Part shown: positions 14,350 to 21,169 of the stretch, one piece after another
Numbering within the stretch: the first letter of the stretch is position 1
How the letters are laid out: each line of letters begins with the position of its first letter
Source: a virus
Lineage: Duplodnaviria; Caudoviricetes
DNA: 24,138 nucleotides
Direction: 5' to 3' (one strand)
Virus record (IMG/VR): IMGVR_UViG_3300033475_000136
Location: 1 to 24,138 of that record
Position numbers and translations under genes: made by a program
The notes under the pieces: generated by a model
The model's input: only the letters and a program-made list of their open reading frames with translations
What the model was told of the DNA's origin: nothing
Database searches by the model: none

Positions 14350-16246
14350 GGAGGAACCCGGCTCTGGTCAGGTACTCCTGCAACAGATAGACATGGTGTG
14401 GCTTCTGTCGCGTCAGCAACGTGGTGCAGTATCGGTCGAGGGCCGCTCGCAACGCCTCGGAGTCCAGGGTCGGGTCCACTTGTTCCGCCAAAAGCGAGAG
14501 ATGGTCCCAAGCGTTGGCCAATACCTTATGGGCGTGCGCCTCGTCGCGGACCTGGATCTTGGTGTGCAACTCGTACGGCGGGCACGTGAATTCGGATCGA
14601 TGTTGGTTACCTACCAGCCTCTTCCCCGCCAGCTCCAGGGCTCGCAGGACGGTGGCGTTACTGACGACGAAGACGTTGAGAGGTTGCACGCTCACTGATG
14701 CAGTGAGCCCGGCCGGGGTTCCTGCCGGGGCCGGAGGTGGCCCCCCTGGTGCGTTCTGTGCCTCGGTGACTTGTGGCATGGGCGGACCTGAGGTGTCACT
14801 GATCCCGGTCGGCGGAGCCGGTGGCGGGGGAGCACCGGCTCCGCCTTGCTGTGGCGGGAAGACTTTGTCCGGGGGTAGGACATCGTCTGAAATGCCGATC
14901 AACTGACGAACCGCAGGGATCTGGAACAGGTTCGGGTCTCGCAGCATCAGTTCCTTGACGAACTTCTGAGAAGCCTCTTCGTCGGTGGGCGCGTCAGAGT
15001 CCTTGTAGTCCCCCGCGATTCGTACCGCTTGTGCTGATACAAGTCCGGCGTCATACATTTCCCGAGTTTCCTTGAGGCGCTCGGGCCGTACCGTCAGTGG
15101 AGCTGTGTCGTACCAGAGGACGTACTTCTCGGGGTCTTCCTTGATCGACTTCAGAGCTGGAAGCAGATAGGCTTGAGTCAATGCGTCACATATGCGACTC
15201 GCCAGCGGTTCAATGTGAACCTTGATCTGGCCTTCCATGATCTGCCAGGCACCCCAGTGGTTGGCCTCTCCGGCACCACTGAGAATCGACGGGTCAATGT
15301 CCATCGCCAGAGCGAAGCGGCGGATGGCTTCGTTGCGAAGTTCCAGGGCCTGCTTGGATAGCTCCGACGTGAACTGGATGAGCTGGAGCTTGCCCAAAGC
15401 CTCCAGCGGCATCTCCACGATGGTGGGAACCACCCCGGCCGCTGTGCCCTCGCCCCGCAGTGACGCGGAGGCAAACCGCATGATCATCTGAGTGAGGGCC
15501 TCGGCGCCATCCACCGAGTTCCCCTCCTCGTCCGGGAAGCTGGTCTCCTTGGGAATGGCGAGCAGGCCGGCGGACACCAACCGGGAGTCGATCTGGGCGA
15601 ACACGTACCGGGTCAGACGCTCGATCTCAAACAGCATCGGCATGGCTCCCCGGGTGGGGGAGTCCGACCACATAGTGCGGCGTGGATGGGGGGTCCACGT
15701 CCTGATGATCATGTCAGTCTCGGGGTCCAGCTTCCCCGGGTCCCCCATCATGTTGGTGATCTCGTTCTGGCCTGAGGTCGTGTACCGCTTCAGCTCCGAC
15801 CGGCTCAGAACGAACCACTCATCTGACTGTGGATCATCAGTGCTGCGGCCAATGAAGTAAGCGTCCCCGGCAATAGTCAGGTTGATCCCCGCCAGCCGGA
15901 TCAGCTCAGGTCGACGGGCCGGACCTCCCAGCAAGGTGTCAGCCAGGGCGGCCACCTTGACCTTCTTGGTCTCCGCCTGAACCCGGCCGTTCTTGTCAAC
16001 CTCGGCCACATAGAACCGGACCCGAGACAGGGCCGAGCCAATCCAGTTGGCTACGAACCGCAGTTCACCGATGACGTCGTATAGCCTCCAGGCCTCGTTC
16101 TGCCAGGAGTCGTCACCGAACTTGTACGTGGGCCAGGCTCGCCCCTCAATGTTGGTGATCCTGATGGCCGCAGCGACCAGGCTCTCAGAGGCGTCGTGCC
16201 CAGTGGTGACTGGCACCAACGATTTGCGGGACCGGCCTAGTGCCAT
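14336..16246 (-). CDS. portal protein (636 aa)
   Basis: WQNEAWRLYDVIGELRFVANW, SRLVSAGLL, LRNEAIRRFALAMD and ANHWGAW motifs of actinophage portals; lies between terminase and MuF; Pro-rich C-terminal linker. Confidence 0.88.
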   Translation of the reverse strand: MALGRSRKSLVPVTTGHDASESLVAAAIRITNIEGRAWPTYKFGDDSWQNEAWRLYDVIGELRFVANWIGSALSRVRFYVAEVDKNGRVQAETKKVKVAALADTLLGGPARRPELIRLAGINLTIAGDAYFIGRSTDDPQSDEWFVLSRSELKRYTTSGQNEITNMMGDPGKLDPETDMIIRTWTPHPRRTMWSDSPTRGAMPMLFEIERLTRYVFAQIDSRLVSAGLLAIPKETSFPDEEGNSVDGAEALTQMIMRFASASLRGEGTAAGVVPTIVEMPLEALGKLQLIQFTSELSKQALELRNEAIRRFALAMDIDPSILSGAGEANHWGAWQIMEGQIKVHIEPLASRICDALTQAYLLPALKSIKEDPEKYVLWYDTAPLTVRPERLKETREMYDAGLVSAQAVRIAGDYKDSDAPTDEEASQKFVKELMLRDPNLFQIPAVRQLIGISDDVLPPDKVFPPQQGGAGAPPPPAPPTGISDTSGPPMPQVTEAQNAPGGPPPAPAGTPAGLTASVSVQPLNVFVVSNATVLRALELAGKRLVGNQHRSEFTCPPYELHTKIQVRDEAHAHKVLANAWDHLSLLAEQVDPTLDSEALRAALDRYCTTLLTRQKPHHVYLLQEYLTRAGFLHEQG

Positions 16247-16536
16247 CAGTTTCCATCTTCCCGATTCGCCAGAAACCCGGTCAAGTATGAGGCTGCCGGG
16301 ATGGCCAGGATGGCAATAACCCAGCGGTTAGGGAACAAGGCGGCTACCGGCATGACCGGTATCGCGATCCAGATAGACATACACCATGAGCAATGGAAAA
16401 GCTTGGAGGGGAGGGAGTCCGGTCCCCAGGTTCGGATCACCCATTGCCGAATGAAGACGGTGATGCTGTCAGACACAAGCAGCCTGGTAAGGCGTGCCAC
16501 GGCCAGGGCCGCCACGACGAGGCTAGTGATCAGCAT
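16246..16536 (-). CDS. DUF1360-like membrane protein (96 aa)
   Basis: ARLTRLLVSDSIT...LFHCSWCMSIW motif; hydrophobic helices; TGATG coupling to portal. Confidence 0.75.
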   Translation of the reverse strand: MLITSLVVAALAVARLTRLLVSDSITVFIRQWVIRTWGPDSLPSKLFHCSWCMSIWIAIPVMPVAALFPNRWVIAILAIPAASYLTGFLANREDGN

Positions 16537-16580
16537 GTCGTATAGCGTACGGGCTCCCTAGGCACAAGAGGGAGAGGCAA

Positions 16581-18008
16581 CTAATACAAGTTGGTCAGAT
16601 CGTAGAAGCTCTGGTCCATCCGGAACTCGTAAATGTTGGGGTTGGCCACCCGCATTTCCCTGCGCTCACCGGCCATCAGCTTGATAGCGGCGTGCACCAT
16701 GGCATCCATCCTGTCTGGACTTTCCCTGGTGGATTCGGGGTCGAACAGGACCATTTCCTTCTCCAGCTCGGGCCAGTCCCCCACCATATGCAGCCGACCC
16801 TGCTCGTTTCTCATGGCCACCGGCTCGGCCCGCGTCTTCTTGCCGTGCTTCGCATGAACTGCTTGCATGGGAGGGGAGGTATGCCGTGGGAAGTAGTCCT
16901 GGTCAATCAGCTCCCGGTAGGCATCCCGAAGGACCTCCTCCAGGTACCGCTTACCAAGGTTCTCCTCATACACCAGGACATCGGCCGCGAACTCAGCCAC
17001 CGCCTTCCACGCCTCAAGTACAGCCGCTCGGCCAGAGTGTGGCGTCGAACGGTCGGCCAGGACGTAGAGGTGCTTGTCTCGGGTTCGGGCCACCACGACA
17101 ATTCCGAACGTGGCATCCTCACCGGTCAGGTTAGGGTCACAACCGACCACAATGGACACAATGTCATCAGGAGCATCAACGACGCGGTTCTTGATGATGT
17201 CCTTGCGCTGGAACAGTCCCCCACCAGCCAGCTCCAGGAGCTTGCCGTACAGCTCCTGCTCTCCGATCGCGGTGCCGTCGTACTGCCGCTTCATCTCAGT
17301 CAGGGCGTGACTAGACAGGTTGGAGGCGTTGTCGAACGTGGAACCGGTGATCAGGTGAACGGTCCCATCGACCCGGGCAACCCAATCCTCCAGCAGAGCG
17401 ATTGGCTTAGGAGTGGTCGTGACGAAGGCGCGCGGGTGGTCATCTACAAGGTCCGCGCGGAGGGAGGGCAACAGGCCGTGGTACCAGGTCTCGTATGGCT
17501 TGAGCCACTTGGCCAACTCGTCGCAGAGGATCCCGGCAGCGTTGTACCCACGTCCCGTGTCCGGTGTGTCTGCACCTTCGAGGTAGATTTTCGCACCCTT
17601 GGGGAACAGGATCATTGGCCGAGGATTCTGCTTATATCGGTGCTGGATCCCACGTCGTTTCAGAACGTTGAGGATTCCGGAGGGGCCCTCAGCATTGATG
17701 GTCCTGGCGTCGGCCAAGGTGTCAGCGACCACCAACCATTCAGTGGGGACCCCTTGCCGATCAAACGGGTGCTTCTTGACCCGGTCCACGATCCATTCGC
17801 TACCGGCTCGGGACTTGCCGAACCCACGTCCGGCCAGGGCTAGGCACACCAACCAATCACCAGGGGGAGGTACCTGCTCAGGTCTGGCGGTCCACCACCA
17901 CTCCTCATTGAGGATGTCGCGCACCATCGCCGGGGGCAGGGACTTGATCCACGCCTCACGATCGTTTGCCGGCAACAGGGCCACTCGCTCTGCGAGTGAG
18001 AAGGACAC
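16581..18008 (-). CDS. terL: terminase large subunit (475 aa)
   Basis: Walker A LAGRGFGKS, Walker B ILCDE, coupling motif TTTP, nuclease VGCDP and SPDRMDA. Confidence 0.95.
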   Translation of the reverse strand: MSFSLAERVALLPANDREAWIKSLPPAMVRDILNEEWWWTARPEQVPPPGDWLVCLALAGRGFGKSRAGSEWIVDRVKKHPFDRQGVPTEWLVVADTLADARTINAEGPSGILNVLKRRGIQHRYKQNPRPMILFPKGAKIYLEGADTPDTGRGYNAAGILCDELAKWLKPYETWYHGLLPSLRADLVDDHPRAFVTTTPKPIALLEDWVARVDGTVHLITGSTFDNASNLSSHALTEMKRQYDGTAIGEQELYGKLLELAGGGLFQRKDIIKNRVVDAPDDIVSIVVGCDPNLTGEDATFGIVVVARTRDKHLYVLADRSTPHSGRAAVLEAWKAVAEFAADVLVYEENLGKRYLEEVLRDAYRELIDQDYFPRHTSPPMQAVHAKHGKKTRAEPVAMRNEQGRLHMVGDWPELEKEMVLFDPESTRESPDRMDAMVHAAIKLMAGERREMRVANPNIYEFRMDQSFYDLTNLY

Positions 18009-18065
18009 GCGATCATGGTATAACCAAGGTGAGTCCCAGGCGTTCGCCTGTTTGGAGGTACGTGA

Positions 18066-18575
18066 GTGCGCATTCCTCTCGGCGACGCGGACCTGGTTAT
18101 CGAGCTAGATATCCCAGGGCTACATAAGGCGCCGCCACCCAAGGTGATCTTTCACATTGGACCGCCACGGGACACCACCCCGGCTGATCGAGTGATCAAG
18201 CCCCCGCCATACAGCCAACCAACAGGAAAGGTGGACGTCCGGATGGACCTCCAGGCAGACAAGAAGGTAGCCCTGTCCGTGGAGTACACGGACGAGGTTG
18301 GTAACCCAGTGCCGGCCCCGGCCGGTGGCACGACCGTGTACACGGTCGACGACCCGACCATCATCAACCTGACGGACAACGGTGACGGTACGGCTGAGGC
18401 CGCCGCCACGGGCACGCTCGGTACGGCCAACGTGCACCTGGACGCGACGTTCACCGACGACGACGGCGTCTCGCACACGGTCACCGGTGACCTCCAGCTT
18501 GTGGTCGTGGCCGGTCTCGCTGAGCGGGTCAACATCACGGCCGGCGCTCCGGAGGAGGTCACTCCGGACGTGTAG
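18066..18575 (+). CDS. Ig-like (Big-type) domain protein (169 aa; alternative ATG at 18243)
   Basis: SD GGAGGT before GTG. The C-terminal ~110 aa is beta-strand/Thr-rich with TDEVGNPV and DNGDGT motifs typical of bacterial Ig-like folds. Confidence 0.65.
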   Translation: MRIPLGDADLVIELDIPGLHKAPPPKVIFHIGPPRDTTPADRVIKPPPYSQPTGKVDVRMDLQADKKVALSVEYTDEVGNPVPAPAGGTTVYTVDDPTIINLTDNGDGTAEAAATGTLGTANVHLDATFTDDDGVSHTVTGDLQLVVVAGLAERVNITAGAPEEVTPDV

Positions 18576-18611
18576 CCTGGCCTGGACAGCCGGCGACCAA
18601 CTGCCTGCAAC

Positions 18612-18648
18612 AGGGGACCCCCTCACCTCCCGGAGGGGGTTCCTTTTT
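18612..18648 (+). terminator. intrinsic terminator
   Basis: GGGACCCCCTC-ACCTCCCG-GAGGGGGTTCC followed by TTTTT. Confidence 0.85.
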
Positions 18649-18696
18649 GTCGGGGGGTGGAGCTAACATTGGAACCTCCTTGAGGAGGGATCCCCT

Positions 18697-19086
18697 GTGA
18701 ACGAACCCCCCGCCCTTGCCGTGCAACTGAAAGAGCTTCGAGACGTGCTCGGCCTGAGCCTCCATGCCATGGCAGAGCTGCTGTACACCTCGCAGCAGAC
18801 GTACCGGGGCTGGGAGGGCGGAGCGCAGCCACGAAAAGAGGGCCGGGCTCGCATCGAAACATTTATAGAAAGCGCTCATGCTCAGCTCGACCGGCTTCAG
18901 CAGGAGGGCTGGAATCTGGCTGGCCTGGTCCCGCTCAGCGTGGCGTCGTCGATGCTCGGGGTCCCACATGAGACCCTCTTCCACGCCTACCGGGACAGCA
19001 AGTACCGTGCGTTTGATCTAGGCATCCTGGGGATTTGGGTTGGCGAAGACGAGCTGGATGCCATCTTGGAGGCGGTGCTGGCATGA
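18697..19086 (+). CDS. DNA-binding protein: XRE-type HTH plus a second excisionase/MerR-like HTH (129 aa)
   Basis: LKELRDVLGLSLHAMAELLYTSQQTYRGWEGG (XRE) and VPLSVASSMLGVPHETLFHAYRD (second HTH-like); SD GAGGAGG. Confidence 0.75.
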   Translation: MNEPPALAVQLKELRDVLGLSLHAMAELLYTSQQTYRGWEGGAQPRKEGRARIETFIESAHAQLDRLQQEGWNLAGLVPLSVASSMLGVPHETLFHAYRDSKYRAFDLGILGIWVGEDELDAILEAVLA

Positions 19087-19358
19087 GGTACCGCAAGAAG
19101 CCGGTAGTCATTGAGGCGATGCAGTGGTGGGGTCGCGACGAAGACCGAGGTCCGATGCGAGCGTTCCTCAACAACAGTGACCACCCATCCGGAGTTCTCC
19201 ACCTTCGCGGGCGTCGCGGCGAGGACCTACTGATTCCCACCCTTGAAGGCGACATGCTCGCGGTGCCGGGCGACTGGATCATCCGGGGCATCAAGGGAGA
19301 GTTCTACCCGTGTAAGCCTGACATCTTTGAAGCAACGTACGAGGCGGTGACCAAGTGA
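19083..19358 (+). CDS. conserved phage protein, PGDYG-like family (91 aa; start corrected to ATG 19083)
   Basis: MRYRKKPVVIEAMQW...IPTLEGDMLAVPGDWIIRGIKGEFYPCKPDIFEATYE; ATGA overlap with the HTH gene; SD GGAGG upstream. Confidence 0.8.
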   Translation: MRYRKKPVVIEAMQWWGRDEDRGPMRAFLNNSDHPSGVLHLRGRRGEDLLIPTLEGDMLAVPGDWIIRGIKGEFYPCKPDIFEATYEAVTK

Positions 19359-20188
19359 ACTGTCTGGCGTGTGGCGAACCAATGGTCCCCAGGATTGGGG
19401 ATGCGTTAACTCACGCCAGTTGCTTGATGGTTGAGCCCGTCCAGGACGAATCCAACAGCTTTTCTGAGATCCTCCGACAGAGACTCACCGAAATCATTAT
19501 TTGGCAGAACAACCGGAGCCCACGTTCGCAGCAAACTAACATCGGTCCAAGTGAGATAGGCAGTCCCTGTGACCGTCAGATCGCCTACCGAATCGCGGCG
19601 ATTGATGAAATCAACACGCGTCAGGATCCATGGGCGGCAGTCATCGGGACAGCCATCCATCGCTGGCTCCAGGAGGCCGTGAACGATTGGGTCAACGATC
19701 AGTCGGGGCCTCGAAATCTGTTCACGGAAATCGAGCTTCAGTTCGGCGAACTTATAACCGGTCACTGTGACCTCTACGACGCTGAATCGGAGACGGTCAT
19801 TGACTGGAAGACGGTAGGACCCAACGCTCTCAAAGACGTCGAGGCCGGACGAATTTCTACGGGTTACATGATTCAGACGCAGTTGTACGGTTACATGTTC
19901 GCCCAACAGAACATTCCGGTGAAACGGGTGGCCCTGGTGTTCGTCCCCCGGGCCAGTTCCCTCAACCGGATGCGGGTGTGGTCTGCCATCTATGACCCGA
20001 CCGTAGCAGAGACGGCGCTGGCCCGAGTGTACCGGATTGCACGGGAAGTCCTCTCCAAGGATCTATTGAACAAGAACCATATGTGGGCCGATGTGTCAGC
20101 GGAAGGTGGGGATCATTGTGGCTTCTGCCCCTGGTTCGAAGCACACCGTTTGGCGCCTGCGGACGCAACGGGTTGTCCAGGGAGGTGA
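19355..20188 (+). CDS. Cas4-like PD-(D/E)XK exonuclease (277 aa)
   Basis: GPSEIGSPCDR, GTAIH, GHCDLYD...VIDWKT, QTQLY and C-terminal CGFCPW...C (four-Cys Fe-S pattern). No CRISPR array or cas1 in the window. Confidence 0.88.
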   Translation: MNCLACGEPMVPRIGDALTHASCLMVEPVQDESNSFSEILRQRLTEIIIWQNNRSPRSQQTNIGPSEIGSPCDRQIAYRIAAIDEINTRQDPWAAVIGTAIHRWLQEAVNDWVNDQSGPRNLFTEIELQFGELITGHCDLYDAESETVIDWKTVGPNALKDVEAGRISTGYMIQTQLYGYMFAQQNIPVKRVALVFVPRASSLNRMRVWSAIYDPTVAETALARVYRIAREVLSKDLLNKNHMWADVSAEGGDHCGFCPWFEAHRLAPADATGCPGR

Positions 20189-20189
20189 G

Positions 20190-20363
20190 ATGGAAGAGTT
20201 CTACGTGGCGATGAGCAAGGCGATCAAGGACCGCGATCATGCCAAGGGTCGGGTGCTGTGGTGGGAGGCCAAGGTTCAACAGGCTGAGGCTGAGATCGAG
20301 GCCCTGGTAGCAACGCAGCACGTTGAAGCAGCGGATCAGACTCCTGAGGAGGTAGGCCAGTAA
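20190..20363 (+). CDS. small helical hypothetical protein (57 aa; start corrected to ATG 20190)
   Basis: SD GGAGGTG, then MEEFYVAMSKAIKDRDHAKGRVLWWEAKVQQAEAEIEAL...; TAATG coupling to the next gene. Confidence 0.7.
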   Translation: MEEFYVAMSKAIKDRDHAKGRVLWWEAKVQQAEAEIEALVATQHVEAADQTPEEVGQ

Positions 20364-20995
20364 TGGGACCAAATGATTTGATCATCGATGAGCCGGAGGA
20401 ACTCAACACCGGCACCAAGCTGTACCCCAAGGACATCATCAACCACACCGTGCTGGTGTGGGCGACTGAGTACATTGGACACAGCCCCACCCAGTTCAAC
20501 GACGGGTCGGACCCCAAGAAGCCGTGTGACGTGGTCGTGGTTGATCTCATCGACCTGGACCAGGTCAGCGAGGAAGGGACCCCCGGCCTGGTGTCTCGTG
20601 GGTCATGGTGGCGCCAGGGTCGGCTCATTCAGCGACTCAAGCCACGGGTCGGCAAGCCCAACCCGCTGATCGGTCGCATCATCAAGGGACTGGGTCCCAA
20701 CGGTGCGTTCGAGCTGATGGACCTGAGTTCCGATGAGAAGTCATTGGCCCGGGCCCGGAACTGGTGGGCGATCAACGGTGGGTTCACTCCGAGCCAGCCG
20801 TTCAGCGCCCCCAGCCAGCCGCAGCCGACCGTGCAGGTATCCCCGCAGTCCAACCCCACCCCGCCCCCGTCAGCGTTGGAGCAGTTGGCCAACCAGTCTC
20901 TGGGCACCACGCACAACGCCAGCAGCGTGACCATGGACCGGTTGCGTCGGCTGAGCGAGCAGGGTCCTAGCAGTGACGGAGACGCCCCGTTCTAA
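20363..20995 (+). CDS. probable single-stranded DNA-binding protein (210 aa)
   Basis: Beta-rich N-terminal domain, Pro/Gln/Ser linker and acidic-aromatic tail DGDAPF; lies between the exonuclease and primase-helicase. Confidence 0.55.
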   Translation: MGPNDLIIDEPEELNTGTKLYPKDIINHTVLVWATEYIGHSPTQFNDGSDPKKPCDVVVVDLIDLDQVSEEGTPGLVSRGSWWRQGRLIQRLKPRVGKPNPLIGRIIKGLGPNGAFELMDLSSDEKSLARARNWWAINGGFTPSQPFSAPSQPQPTVQVSPQSNPTPPPSALEQLANQSLGTTHNASSVTMDRLRRLSEQGPSSDGDAPF

Positions 20996-20999
20996 AAGG

Positions 21000-21039
21000 T
21001 GAAGGCCCCCGGACTCTTTGTAGGAGTCGGGGGCCTTCA
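21000..21039 (+). terminator. long GC hairpin after the SSB-like gene (possible terminator without a U tract)
   Basis: TGAAGGCCCCC-G-GACTC-TTTGTAG-GAGTC-GGGGGCCTTCA: 16-bp stem with one bulged base. Confidence 0.6.
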
Positions 21040-21169
21040 TGCGGAGGGTCTGGCCAGCGGGACCCTCCGGTGCCATGATGAGCCATCACGGTGGCCTTCC
21101 GGGGGCTCTTGATCTGCCAGTTACCGCCACAGTGACCGGGTGTCTCAGACCCCATGGAAGGGAGTTGCT

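Noticed and set aside
16246-16536. Calling the 96-aa membrane protein a holin
   Set aside because: No endolysin is in the window and the motif fits DUF1360; lysis function is unsupported here.
19035-19082. ORF-track upstream starts at 19035, 20091 and 21140
   Set aside because: They overlap upstream genes or lack an SD; starts at 19083, 20190 and 21170 have SDs or coupling.
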